In this document: piece after piece, positions 37,834 to 47,833 of the stretch
How positions within the stretch are numbered: the first letter of the stretch is position 1
How the letters are laid out: each line of letters opens with the position of its first letter
Translations under genes and position numbers: made by a program
The notes under the pieces: model-generated
What the model was told of the DNA's origin: nothing
Databases searched by the model: none
The model's input: the letters and a program-made list of their open reading frames with translations, nothing else
Source of the DNA: a virus
Length of the DNA: 64,000 nucleotides
IMG/VR virus record: IMGVR_UViG_3300009034_000014
Coordinates: 1-64,000 of that record
Reading direction: 5' to 3' (one strand)

Positions 37834-38544
37834 CTATGAGATTGAAAGGTTTGAATTACGTCTCTTGCAAGTATTTGCCCGCGTCAAAATGATGCGTTCG
37901 GCTTCGCCCTCTGCTAATTCATGCTCCCAAATTCGAAGCACACTCCAGCCCTCTTTCTCAGCAGCAGCGTCGTAGAGTCGGTGCTTATGGCCTAATCGTG
38001 CCCATCGCCGACGATTACGCTCCGCTTGCTTCTCTCGCTCACCCGGACGCTCGAAACGACGCTTCTGGGCCGCTCGCATTTTCTGCTTGGTCGCCTCGGA
38101 GCGTTTGCGGCCTTTGTTGTGCTTACCATGGCCGATGCGTTTCAGAGTCTCGGAACGCTTTCGACGGGTCTCGGCAGATTGTTTTCTTCCAAGACTTATC
38201 TCGCGGAGTTTCTGTCGGTGCGCCCTGCTTTTGGGTCTGCCCTTATGAGCCTTAGAAATTTTTGCCTTGTGCTCTTCCGAGAGCCAACCTCTCCTGCTAG
38301 ATGCCATATCAAGACAGGCTAAGATCTTCTTCCGCTCTTCGGGATTCTGCATCCGGCGTTGAACAATCGTTGCGCGCTTTTCGCAAAGCTCATCAGATTC
38401 CTTTAGCCCGCGACGAGTCTCCCAAGCCTTTGCAGCAGCACGCCGAAGTTGCTTACGCCCCTCTGGTGTAGCCAGACGGCGATGCGCCGCTTCACACATC
38501 TTGCATTTCGTCGCTTCAGAAAGCTTACTGCCCTTTATCGACAT
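37834..38544 (-). CDS. NUMOD3-repeat homing-endonuclease-like protein with truncated Vsr-like nuclease tail
   Basis: SEEHKAKISKAHKG-type repeats; C-terminal GWSVLRIWEHE without the upstream catalytic segment. Confidence 0.7.
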   Translation of the reverse strand: MSIKGSKLSEATKCKMCEAAHRRLATPEGRKQLRRAAAKAWETRRGLKESDELCEKRATIVQRRMQNPEERKKILACLDMASSRRGWLSEEHKAKISKAHKGRPKSRAHRQKLREISLGRKQSAETRRKRSETLKRIGHGKHNKGRKRSEATKQKMRAAQKRRFERPGEREKQAERNRRRWARLGHKHRLYDAAAEKEGWSVLRIWEHELAEGEAERIILTRANTCKRRNSNLSIS

Positions 38545-38552
38545 CGGTACTC

Positions 38553-40847
38553 CTATGCTGTGACCGACTCAAAAATTCCTCTTTTCGACATGACGATTAT
38601 GAAACGTTCAATCGTGTCCGCGAGCCAGAGTGATAGCTGCGCGTACGCATCTCCTGCTGCCGTTGTGACCGGGGTGTTGATCTCCGAATCCACCTTGATT
38701 ATGGCGGCTTCGTCTAACGACCTACCCTGGAGGGCGCGCTTTCTCCACTCGGGCAGGAAGTAAGCTTTCAGCGTTGTGAGCGCCTTCTTCCACTCGATTG
38801 GATCGTTGATTGCGTAGATGATCCAATCGAAGTTCTCACGCAACACGTTCTCTGTATGGCACATGTACTCTCGCTGATGCTTCCACTTCCACTCCGGGCT
38901 CAGGTTCGCGGTGCGGTCTCCCCAGATCACGAAGTTGCCCTTCACCTTCTTGATGATCGCTACGCCCAGCGGGTTCAGTATCTCGTGGTCGAGAATGGCC
39001 TCGCCCGTCGGGATCTTCAGGATCGCTGGCAAGATCTGATCTTCGCCCGCCTCTGCTTTGTGGTATCCGCCCCAGTCATTTGCGGTACGGGCTTCGCGCC
39101 CGTGGATCATCCCCGTGTTGGATACCAGCTTCAGCCTGCCCTGGCCCTGGCCCTCTGGATCAGTCACGTAAGCATAGGACGGAAAAGCGTAGACCGAGAA
39201 CTCGCTACGGCCGATCGTGTCGTTCACGTAAGTCTGAACCGCGTCTTCTGTAACCGTAGCGCTCGGGATCTCAACGCGGTACTGATGGTTCTTGGCATCC
39301 GCGTACGCGATACCCGCCTTCTGCACCGCTGTCGACGTAACGCCCGGCGTGGCCATCTTGACCAGTCCGAGGTTGCGGCCGAGAATGCGGTCGAATGGCG
39401 AACTGCCTAAGTTCCAAGCCTGCTGGTTGTAGTCCGCATCCGTGAGATCCGCGATACCGTCCTTTCCTTCCTCCATCTCCAGCGGAGCCTGGAGCATGAA
39501 GAAGTCGTCAATGGCACCGGCTGTGGTCAGATCCGAGCCCGGCGCTGCGGTCACTGTCTTGTGATCGTTGTCCACGATACGGTATTTCTCACGCGGAGAG
39601 TTCACCTTGTCTGGCCAGACGTAGCCGTTGATCAAGGCGTCTTTGACGAACGGGCGATAGACCAGCGTTGCCACGTCGCTGACCTCCCAAGCGGTGCTTC
39701 CGGCTGTGAGAGTGAACGGCGGAGACCAGTCGTTGTTCGGCGTATACAGCACCCCGACCGTACCATCCGCGCCCAACGATCCAAACTTGTCGCTGACGAC
39801 GGTGAATGTCGTGGGTGCAGTGAACGTGAGAGTGATGGTCTGATCTACCATATCGTCGGTGGTGGTACCCAGCGCGCAGGTTCCGTTACCATCGCCCACT
39901 ACATCCGGATCGAAGTCGTTGATGTAACAGGTTAGCACCGTGGCGGTCACGGCCGAGATTTTCCCGTAGTAGTTCGCGGGCCGATCATCGGCGGTGAGCG
40001 CTCCGGACAGGAGGTCTTCTACTACTACCTCGTCGTTGTTGCCATCGTTGTTTATGATGTTTTCCCAGAATCGAGAGTCTGTCGGTTCAACGGAAAGATT
40101 CGTCCATGAATTAACCAGCGCGCCATCCACGTAAACGAAGATCCCGAACTCCGTGTCCGGCTTCTCCTCGCCGTCCCGCACTTCCACGGAAAGCGCCTTG
40201 CTCTCGTTCTCCAGATAGACGTAAAAGCGCTTGTTCGCGTAGGTGGGGTCCGCTGCCGTCCAGTCGTCTTTCATGGTGGAATTGGAAGCCACGGTGATCA
40301 CGCCGAGAGCTGTATTGCTCACGATGGGGTACAGTGTGTTTGCGACGGCGTCGAGCCTGATCCACCCACCCTTCCATTGATCCTTCGTGAAGTCCGTGGT
40401 GTTCTCGGTATCAAGGGTTGTGTTCGTGACCTTGGTATCCGATGTCACATCGTCGGTGTACTTCCGCTGCTTGCCGCCCCATCGACCGCCGTTCTTGGCC
40501 TTGATGGTTCCCATCGCTGCGCGGGGAACGCGGCGGCTGTACAGATTCATGACGGCCTGTTCCTCGTTCCCGTCCGTGATGCGCGTGAGCAGGAGCCCAC
40601 CACGGCCCTGTGCCAGGCCGTAGTAATCGAGACACGCATCCGGAAGCAGGCTGTCCGGGAGGTAGCTCCCGCACTTCTTCAGAAACCGCGTTCGGTTCTG
40701 AGCTACAATCAACTCACCGACTTCGCCCTTCTCCAGAATCCCGGCGTAGCCAGCCCAGCCCAGTGCACCAGGTTCGATCTGTGGTTGACCTTCCAACTCC
40801 TCAATAACGGTTCCGGCTCCTCTCACCGGTCCTATTCTGCGTACCAT
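38553..40847 (-). CDS. Tail sheath protein
   Basis: AKNGGRWG, GREAR.....G.HKA.AG, LNPLGV, IWGDRT. Confidence 0.92.
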   Translation of the reverse strand: MVRRIGPVRGAGTVIEELEGQPQIEPGALGWAGYAGILEKGEVGELIVAQNRTRFLKKCGSYLPDSLLPDACLDYYGLAQGRGGLLLTRITDGNEEQAVMNLYSRRVPRAAMGTIKAKNGGRWGGKQRKYTDDVTSDTKVTNTTLDTENTTDFTKDQWKGGWIRLDAVANTLYPIVSNTALGVITVASNSTMKDDWTAADPTYANKRFYVYLENESKALSVEVRDGEEKPDTEFGIFVYVDGALVNSWTNLSVEPTDSRFWENIINNDGNNDEVVVEDLLSGALTADDRPANYYGKISAVTATVLTCYINDFDPDVVGDGNGTCALGTTTDDMVDQTITLTFTAPTTFTVVSDKFGSLGADGTVGVLYTPNNDWSPPFTLTAGSTAWEVSDVATLVYRPFVKDALINGYVWPDKVNSPREKYRIVDNDHKTVTAAPGSDLTTAGAIDDFFMLQAPLEMEEGKDGIADLTDADYNQQAWNLGSSPFDRILGRNLGLVKMATPGVTSTAVQKAGIAYADAKNHQYRVEIPSATVTEDAVQTYVNDTIGRSEFSVYAFPSYAYVTDPEGQGQGRLKLVSNTGMIHGREARTANDWGGYHKAEAGEDQILPAILKIPTGEAILDHEILNPLGVAIIKKVKGNFVIWGDRTANLSPEWKWKHQREYMCHTENVLRENFDWIIYAINDPIEWKKALTTLKAYFLPEWRKRALQGRSLDEAAIIKVDSEINTPVTTAAGDAYAQLSLWLADTIERFIIVMSKRGIFESVTA

Positions 40848-40861
40848 TGGCTAACCTCCTC

Positions 40862-42106
40862 TTACGGTGGAACAATAACGTCCATATCTCCAGTTAGGTG
40901 GAACTTCTTGATCCCATATCCGTCCACGGCGTCCCGTAGGTAGTAGCGTACGCCCACGATGCTAAATCGAAGGCGGCCCGTGTGGATGTCTCCACGGTTC
41001 GCGGCGGTTGTCATATCGAATTCATCCAGCACCCATAGTCTGTACTCTTCGTCCGTGCCAACCGAACGTAGGAGCGGGTTGTTTGCGAAGAAGCGTTTTA
41101 CCTCCGTCGCCAACCGCTGGAGATCCACGCCCTTATCTGTCAATAGATGCATGAGAATTTCCAGATCTCCAACAAGTGGGCGCTGGAGAGTTACCGCTGT
41201 GCCGTCATTGCGATTGACCACACTTTCCTTCTGACCGCGAACCGAAGCATCCACCAGATTTATGTCGTCGAGTACGATTGCCGGAACCTTCTCGACCTCG
41301 GAATAGTCCTGACTGGTTGTGACCGCCACTTCCGGTTCCCACAGGAAATCAACCCACACGGTCTTGCCCTGCGCGATGGTGGATGTGAGCGTGATCACCT
41401 TCGTGCTCGGGGTGTAGGTGTCCAGCAGATCCGTGAGGTGGTTCGGATCATCCGTGTCGTTGAACACGGCGTCCACATCTACGATATTGTACGGCGTCTC
41501 GATTCCAAGATCGTCGAGGTCGAAGGTATCCGTTGTGGTGGCTGCGGTGAACGGCACACGCGCTCTCGGTCGGACACCATCGCGCAGCGCTGGAACCAGA
41601 GAGCGATAGATGATATCCTCCTGGAACTCGATCGCCGAAGCGTAGAGTACCTTGATGGCCAGGACCTTCGGCGTAGCCACTTTATCGGTGGTCTTCAGAT
41701 TCAGGATCACCTGCAACTTGCGTTCCGTAACCGGATAGGTCCCGATATTGGCTGCGACTTCCTCCTCCGTGTTCCAGTCGCTAGCTCCGGCAGCGACCCA
41801 CGCAGCCCCGCTCCAGTACCGGTCTGTCGTCCCGTCAGATATCTGGTAGCCGACGCTAGTGACCTGCACCGTGTTCACTTTCGTGTGCAGTACTTCAGCC
41901 TCGAATCCGATCCACTGCTTGACGCTCTCCGGATTAGAAACCCATGTCTTCGCGTAGAGATCCGAGGTCAGCGGATACCCATCGGAGCCAGCTTTCAACT
42001 GTAGCCAGTGCTCGTCCGGGTTCAGGCGCACGTCTGTCCCGAGCGTGATCTTCGCCCTCACGTCCTCTGAGAAACGGAACTCCTTGATGAGCTTAAGCAA
42101 CCTCAT
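40862..42106 (-). CDS. Tail completion/terminator protein
   Basis: Position upstream of the sheath gene; KVPAIVL. Confidence 0.6.
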   Translation of the reverse strand: MRLLKLIKEFRFSEDVRAKITLGTDVRLNPDEHWLQLKAGSDGYPLTSDLYAKTWVSNPESVKQWIGFEAEVLHTKVNTVQVTSVGYQISDGTTDRYWSGAAWVAAGASDWNTEEEVAANIGTYPVTERKLQVILNLKTTDKVATPKVLAIKVLYASAIEFQEDIIYRSLVPALRDGVRPRARVPFTAATTTDTFDLDDLGIETPYNIVDVDAVFNDTDDPNHLTDLLDTYTPSTKVITLTSTIAQGKTVWVDFLWEPEVAVTTSQDYSEVEKVPAIVLDDINLVDASVRGQKESVVNRNDGTAVTLQRPLVGDLEILMHLLTDKGVDLQRLATEVKRFFANNPLLRSVGTDEEYRLWVLDEFDMTTAANRGDIHTGRLRFSIVGVRYYLRDAVDGYGIKKFHLTGDMDVIVPP

Positions 42107-42711
42107 CTCGCCAACTCCCGGAGTGTCTTTGCTATAGCCACTTCCCAGTTACGTTGCGCTTGCTTATGCAGCGCTGGATCGTCAAACGCGATCTCGATGA
42201 ACGGCCGTTTCGGGTTGATGATCGCTGGCTTCTCAAGCCTTCGCCACGGACCCTTGAAACGCTCCCACAACTCGGCAGCGCGACCAGTAAGATTCAAATC
42301 CGGGCGGTGCTGTTTGAGCCAGAGATAGTAGAACATCGCACGCATCTTCTTAGTGACTGTGATGACTACCCGTTCGTGCACTGTCATCGCAATGTTGTAC
42401 AGCTTGTCCATCTTGAGCACACCGACGAACGCTGTGAAATCGTCGATCAGTTTGTGCGTGATTGCCTGCCTCATGTCGCCGGTGTCGACAAGCGGTCTCT
42501 TACCCGCGCCCTTGATTGCCACGGATAGCTCGGCGTTCGGCTTGACATCGCCTTTTGTAATCGCTTGACGGATGCCACGCACGGCCAGCAGCGCGTTGAT
42601 GCCCGTGGCACGACGCATGTGTTTGCGTGAGGTGGCACGAAATACCCGTGGATCCAGTGCCCTCTTGAACTCCTTCCACTTACCAGTCTTTTTGAAACGA
42701 GTGCGCGCCAT
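42103..42711 (-). CDS. Neck/virion morphogenesis protein
   Basis: PNA......KG...PLVDTG, VHE, P.RPFI. Confidence 0.75.
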   Translation of the reverse strand: MARTRFKKTGKWKEFKRALDPRVFRATSRKHMRRATGINALLAVRGIRQAITKGDVKPNAELSVAIKGAGKRPLVDTGDMRQAITHKLIDDFTAFVGVLKMDKLYNIAMTVHERVVITVTKKMRAMFYYLWLKQHRPDLNLTGRAAELWERFKGPWRRLEKPAIINPKRPFIEIAFDDPALHKQAQRNWEVAIAKTLRELAR

Positions 42712-42712
42712 C

Positions 42713-43126
42713 TCAAGCCACCCCGCGCGTTTGCTTCGCTGGCTGCCTGTCCGAAAAGTGGGCCTTGACCAGAGTCGGTCCGCCCGCAGAGGGATAGTGT
42801 GAATTAAATTCCAAGCGATCAACGTACAAATCGCAGTCAACATCGCCGAGCTGCTTGAAGCAATCGTTATCCTGTAATGTCACACCAGCGGCTTCCAGAT
42901 CAACACGCCGGAACAGCACGTAACCGACTGCGCCCTCGCGCGGTCCACCCTTAGACGGCTCCAAGCCCAACTGTGTTCCCCATTTCACCTGACCGGGTAT
43001 GACTACGATGGTTTTCCTGGCGGCGCCCTGCGCGGGCTCTCTAGCGTCCTCGTCGTAGTACGTACCAGCCCTGTCTATTTTTTCTACGTACACATCCACG
43101 GGGTGTAGCAAGCGAGGCAGGGTCAT
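42713..43126 (-). CDS. Head closure protein
   Basis: Size and position; YYDEDAREP. Confidence 0.6.
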   Translation of the reverse strand: MTLPRLLHPVDVYVEKIDRAGTYYDEDAREPAQGAARKTIVVIPGQVKWGTQLGLEPSKGGPREGAVGYVLFRRVDLEAAGVTLQDNDCFKQLGDVDCDLYVDRLEFNSHYPSAGGPTLVKAHFSDRQPAKQTRGVA

Positions 43127-43974
43127 GACTTTCTCCTCGCATTGTAACGCAGAAGCCCTTCTCGAATTTTTGTCTTGCTTTCCGCACTGTGCCGTTTCCC
43201 TCTGTGAGACAGGCTCATTTTCTTTCGCGTCGCGTCGCTGTGCTTCTTTCCTAAATGTGCTCTGCGGATTTTTTCCCGCGTCTCGGTGGAGGTCTCGTGA
43301 GTCAGGCCCATGTGAGCAGCAGCCATATTGGCCCGGGCTTCTTCTGAATGTTTCCTACCGAGATTGGATTGCCGCAGCTTTTCGATGGTCTCGGGGCTTA
43401 CGATCTTGCCCCGATGAGCGTCGCCGATTTTTCTTTTGGTGGCATCCGTGTGTTTACGCCCACGATGAATTTTGCTTAGCTTCGCCTTTGTCTCCGCGCT
43501 GTATTTTTTACCCAGATTGGCTTGGCGCAACTTCTCGCGTGTGGCCGCAGTGACTTCATGACCCATCTGCGATGCACGAAGTTTTTCACAAGATTCCTTG
43601 GACCATTTGGTACCCTTGAATCTTCCCTTGATCTTAGCCTTTTGTTCCTTAGTCCACTTGTAGCCTCGACTCCCGATCTGCCCGCCCTCCACTGCGTTGG
43701 TCAATTTGTTACCGATCTCTTTTTTGAGATAGGCGATCCATGCCCTTTCGGCATCTCCAAGTGTTGAGGGACTGAGATGTTCTTCGAGAACCTCAATCCC
43801 GTACTTCAACCCAGCATCGCGGAGGTTTTGGATCCAGCAGCTTTTGTGGTCCTGTCCCTTGCGGTACCAATGGGCACGGGCGCGTACGTGTCCAGTCGTG
43901 CTCATACCAATATACCGGATCAATCCGCTACGAGGATCGGTCAGACCGTAAACTATGTATTTGCTCATGCTCAT
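43123..43974 (-). CDS. Free-standing GIY-YIG homing endonuclease with many NUMOD3 repeats
   Basis: IVYGL.DPR....RYIGMS, E..WI, LTN...GG; repeated (H)S.ET..K(I/L)..A..G. Confidence 0.88.
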   Translation of the reverse strand: MSMSKYIVYGLTDPRSGLIRYIGMSTTGHVRARAHWYRKGQDHKSCWIQNLRDAGLKYGIEVLEEHLSPSTLGDAERAWIAYLKKEIGNKLTNAVEGGQIGSRGYKWTKEQKAKIKGRFKGTKWSKESCEKLRASQMGHEVTAATREKLRQANLGKKYSAETKAKLSKIHRGRKHTDATKRKIGDAHRGKIVSPETIEKLRQSNLGRKHSEEARANMAAAHMGLTHETSTETREKIRRAHLGKKHSDATRKKMSLSHRGKRHSAESKTKIREGLLRYNARRKS

Positions 43975-45071
43975 GTGTACGACCATGCGACTGGCGACGC
44001 CACCCCGAGTGGCGCACGATATAGAGTAATGATGTCCAAAATCTCCGGATCGCTCGTGATGCCGCTCAGCCCCGGCTTGCGCTCTCCGAACCCGCCGCCA
44101 GCCGGCTGATAGCGGATTTCATGTCCGTCAGTTTTTTCGCTCAAGATTGCACCCAGCGCCGACGGGGATGGCGTTACAGCACCGCCACCATACATCGGGC
44201 TCGTCAGCTTCTCGATAACCAGTTTGATCAGGGCGCGTACGATTGCGTACGGAACGCCACCACCGACCATTCCATAAGCAGCGAATCCAGTATCGGCTAC
44301 TGTCTCCGTGATCGCCTGGTTCCCGGTGGTGCCGCCCGCGTCGTTCTCCAAGCGAAGAAGCCCGCCGGTCTCGATGGTGCCCGCCGTGATGTCCAGCGCA
44401 GCGGCCCCGTTGATCGCGGTCTTAGCCGTGGCCGCGACTTCGTCCGCCGTGGTATCGCCAGACACATCCACGCGCACGTTCGTTGCATCGTATCCGCTAG
44501 GCGGTACGTAAGATCCAGAGACATCGAAATAGAACGTGACTGCCGGATTCGTGCCGTCGGGGAGCACGAAGGTCTCGCCATCGACTAGTTCCGCCTTCGT
44601 AACGAACTGAACGGCACCATGCGCCGGGATACCGTCTTCCACGTAACCGAACGCGCCTTTCACTTCCTGGTTCTTTCGGCCGAGATGAAACTTCAGACGT
44701 CCGTAAGTGAGTGGAGCTGTATAGATGTCTCGCACAGCATCAGGGCTAACCAGCGAGATCTTGGGATTCCTACGATTGTCTGGGTAGGACTTTTCGGAGT
44801 AGACCTTGTACAGGCTGGCGTCAAGCGCGGCGGTAGAGCCGTTCAGTTTCAGATGCTCTACCGAGATGATCGGCACGCCGAAGAAGAGGGTATCAGAATC
44901 GTTGCCATCGAGCAGGAGAGTGAGCGTTCGTGACTCAAACCACTGCCGACATGCTCTGTCCAGCAATTCCTGCCAGGTTCGGATGTAGTCCACGACCTTC
45001 TTGTCCGGATACTTCGTGATATCCGTCAAGCCCTCGTCGCGAACGTCCTGCACTGTTACGTAGGCGCCCAA
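43971..45071 (-). CDS. Head-tail adaptor with an inserted ~125-aa domain
   Basis: YVTVQDVR, DRACRQWF, GRKN..V...FGY, VP.AI..A, SEKTDGH..Y. Confidence 0.8.
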   Translation of the reverse strand: MGAYVTVQDVRDEGLTDITKYPDKKVVDYIRTWQELLDRACRQWFESRTLTLLLDGNDSDTLFFGVPIISVEHLKLNGSTAALDASLYKVYSEKSYPDNRRNPKISLVSPDAVRDIYTAPLTYGRLKFHLGRKNQEVKGAFGYVEDGIPAHGAVQFVTKAELVDGETFVLPDGTNPAVTFYFDVSGSYVPPSGYDATNVRVDVSGDTTADEVAATAKTAINGAAALDITAGTIETGGLLRLENDAGGTTGNQAITETVADTGFAAYGMVGGGVPYAIVRALIKLVIEKLTSPMYGGGAVTPSPSALGAILSEKTDGHEIRYQPAGGGFGERKPGLSGITSDPEILDIITLYRAPLGVASPVAWSYT

Positions 45072-45467
45072 TCAGACGGCCCCCTTCCAAAAGTCGTCGG
45101 CCAGCCGCTTCCGCAACTCGGCTCTCTTGGTCCATGATGTCTTTCGCTCGACCTCCGTCGCGCCGCCGAAGGTGAACACTCCGTTCGCACCTCGCGTGTA
45201 CGAAAGCTGGTAGTGCGTGCTCGGATCGTGCAGCTCATCCTCTTTCGTGAACCAGTTTATGCAGGCCACGATTCTATCGGCGTAGACTTCGTTGATCCAG
45301 AGATGCCGAGGCTTCTTCGGAAGTTCCAACCCCTTGAAGTGCTCTGTCAGAGCGCGGTCCATCTTCTCGTTGAACTCGCCGATCGATTCCTGATTTCGTA
45401 GAGGTAGGTCAGCCTTCTCGACCATTACCACCGTTCCGACCTGAGCTTTTTCGGTTTCGTCGTTCAC
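45072..45467 (-). CDS. Hypothetical head-module protein
   Basis: WINEVY...Y..SY......FG...EVER. Confidence 0.65.
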   Translation of the reverse strand: MNDETEKAQVGTVVMVEKADLPLRNQESIGEFNEKMDRALTEHFKGLELPKKPRHLWINEVYADRIVACINWFTKEDELHDPSTHYQLSYTRGANGVFTFGGATEVERKTSWTKRAELRKRLADDFWKGAV

Positions 45468-45471
45468 TGCC

Positions 45472-45831
45472 TCACCTCTGTTCCGGATCGAATCTGCGTC
45501 GTCCCGGCTTTGAGAGTGCGATACGCACGTTTGCGATCTGCTCCCGGTGGACCATTACCGACAGCCGCACGTCGTCCGCGAAGCACAGCAGCCTTTCTCC
45601 GCCCTTGTTCCTGCGCCCATTGTTGACGACTGGCTCGGCCGTCAAGACCACCTGACGAAAATCCCCTGGACGCGGAAGCGAGTACGTTATGCCGTTGTGA
45701 GAAACGGTCAGGCCCGTGATGGCCTCCCGAAATGCCGGGTCTTTCAACCTCTCCAACCATGAACGCGCTTGCTCCTCGTCCTCAAGATCGATCTCCACCG
45801 TTCGTCCGTCAGCGCTGTGAACCCGGAGCAC
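45472..45831 (-). CDS. Hypothetical protein
   Basis: Packed ORF. Confidence 0.6.
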   Translation of the reverse strand: MLRVHSADGRTVEIDLEDEEQARSWLERLKDPAFREAITGLTVSHNGITYSLPRPGDFRQVVLTAEPVVNNGRRNKGGERLLCFADDVRLSVMVHREQIANVRIALSKPGRRRFDPEQR

Positions 45832-45875
45832 CTCCGAAGACCTCCAGCCCGTGCTTCAGGCTGTCAGAGCGAGAG

Positions 45876-46238
45876 TCAGTCTTCCTTCTCGCGGTTGCTG
45901 CGCCGACGCCGAGAACGCGGTCTCGCCTCTTCCGGTGTTGGTTCGACTGCCTTGGGCTCCGGATCCTCGGATAAATCCGGAGGTGCGGCTGGTTCGGGCT
46001 CGGACTTTGATGTGGGAACGTCCGCCAGCTTCTTGCTGAGTACTCGGAGGTTTCTGGCCGTGTCCGGACGCTGGTCAAGAATAAAGCGGAACTCGTCGTC
46101 GGTAATCCATGTCGCGGAACCAGGCCGGAAGTGCAGAGCGCCCTTCACGGAACGCTTCGCGCCCGCAGGGAAACCATCCACCTGTTGAGGGAAGGAAGTC
46201 TCTTTCAGTTGTACGAGAACTTCGCCCATTTCGCTCAC
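45876..46238 (-). CDS. Hypothetical protein
   Basis: Packed ORF; GAGGTG RBS. Confidence 0.65.
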   Translation of the reverse strand: MSEMGEVLVQLKETSFPQQVDGFPAGAKRSVKGALHFRPGSATWITDDEFRFILDQRPDTARNLRVLSKKLADVPTSKSEPEPAAPPDLSEDPEPKAVEPTPEEARPRSRRRRSNREKED

Positions 46239-46240
46239 CT

Positions 46241-46507
46241 CTACGGCTTGGCCTTCCTTCTTGGTCTACCGCCCTTGTTCACCGACTCCGGCTTCGTTTC
46301 CGCAGCCTTGGCAGAGGCGGATTCAATCTCCGCTTTCCGCGCCGCCTCCTCCGCTTCAAGATCCGTCATGGTGAAGAACCCACAGTTGCGCACCAGCTTG
46401 ATCAGCTCGGGATCGGTCAAGGTCTGGGGTGTGCCCCTCACGAACGATGGTCCGTTGCGAAAGGAGTACGACGAACCTTCTTTTAACTCTGCTCTCACTC
46501 GTGCCAT
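46241..46507 (-). CDS. Hypothetical protein downstream of the capsid gene
   Basis: GGAGG RBS. Confidence 0.65.
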   Translation of the reverse strand: MARVRAELKEGSSYSFRNGPSFVRGTPQTLTDPELIKLVRNCGFFTMTDLEAEEAARKAEIESASAKAAETKPESVNKGGRPRRKAKP

Positions 46508-46576
46508 CTTGAGAAACCTCCTGTTTCCAATCGATAGCGTTTCAGATTTTCAAAAGCATCCGGTAGCTACTACCTA

Positions 46577-47770
46577 CTAGATGCTGCTGCCGATGTTGAT
46601 CCCCTTGACCAGCGCGGTGTCCTCCTCGAACTCGCAGGCAACCGACGCATGAATGGCGTATTGGTCAAGACGGGCGAAAATTCGGCGGTCACGTTCTATG
46701 GAAATGCTTGTATTTATTGCAGAAATGTAGTTCATATAGTGTGTTAGCACGATCTGCGGGTTCGCCTTGTACGTGACCTTCACGGTCGCACCGGATCCGA
46801 TAGTGCTTCCGCCTGCTCGTGCGATCGTACCTGCGGTGTAGTCCACCACGTAGTCGGTGTCCTCGGTATATGCGTCTTCCGGAGTCGCGCCCAGCGTCGA
46901 AGTCGTCACGACCACGCTGCTAATCGGGCCGTAGCGCAGGGCCGTGGCAGCGGTACCGGTCAGGACCACGTGCTCGACTACCGGCGGCAGGAGGTCCAGC
47001 AGCGGGACTTCCACCAGCGGGATGCCTAGGGGTGCGTGCGGTGCGCCGCCGGCCGTTGCATCGCCGAGCGCGGTCGACCGCGACGCCAGCTTCTCGTAGT
47101 AGAGGCTGGCCAGATCGGGCGAGATGAAAAACCGGAGATCTCGTTTGTTGCGCCGGAACTTCGTCGGCATCTTTCGGACCATTCCGCCGAATACGGAAAT
47201 GCCTATGTTGGCTCCCTGCGCGTCGAACGAGTTCCCGCCGTCGGCCAGACGGAACCAGCCGTCGAACAGCGCCATGAGCGAGTCTTTGCGGTACCTGGTG
47301 GCGTCTGCGCCGCCTGGGTAGTTGCTTTCGAGGATGGCGTGTCCGTTGGTATCGCCGTTGATGTAGAGTTCCTCCCAGTTGTTGGCGAAGGCCTTGGCCA
47401 TCATTTTCACCACATGGTCCGCCACATTCTCCTCGATGCTCCGCTCCTTGAAGAGATCGCCGATCTCGAAGGGCACCATAACCGCCTTGGGGGTCAGAGT
47501 GACCTTGGAAGTCGTGACGCCGATCCTTACGCCCGGATCCGTCGCTTCCGTGAACGGGACCATGACGCGTGCGCCGACTCCGATCTTGTCGATGTCCAGT
47601 GCTTCGTTCCGGAAGCGCTCGATTCTCGCGTTGTTCTTCAGGATCGTCTCGTCCACCACGTAGTCGATGAATCGGTCGGCCTGCTTGGGGTTCAGCTTCC
47701 CAGACGTTGCAAGGGTGTCCAGCAGGATCGCTGCCTTGCGCAACAGTTCTTCGTTTGAAATACCGCCCAT
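46577..47770 (-). CDS. Major capsid protein (HK97 fold) with inserted beta domain
   Basis: G.LNP.QADRFI, IDKIGVG.R, E..YINGD, DGW, MP.KF. Confidence 0.92.
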   Translation of the reverse strand: MGGISNEELLRKAAILLDTLATSGKLNPKQADRFIDYVVDETILKNNARIERFRNEALDIDKIGVGARVMVPFTEATDPGVRIGVTTSKVTLTPKAVMVPFEIGDLFKERSIEENVADHVVKMMAKAFANNWEELYINGDTNGHAILESNYPGGADATRYRKDSLMALFDGWFRLADGGNSFDAQGANIGISVFGGMVRKMPTKFRRNKRDLRFFISPDLASLYYEKLASRSTALGDATAGGAPHAPLGIPLVEVPLLDLLPPVVEHVVLTGTAATALRYGPISSVVVTTSTLGATPEDAYTEDTDYVVDYTAGTIARAGGSTIGSGATVKVTYKANPQIVLTHYMNYISAINTSISIERDRRIFARLDQYAIHASVACEFEEDTALVKGINIGSSI

Positions 47771-47833
47771 GGTCTCCTCCTCCTATTCTTAGAGAAAGTT
47801 TGTTATCCTGTGCTACGAGGCCAGATGAGTCTT

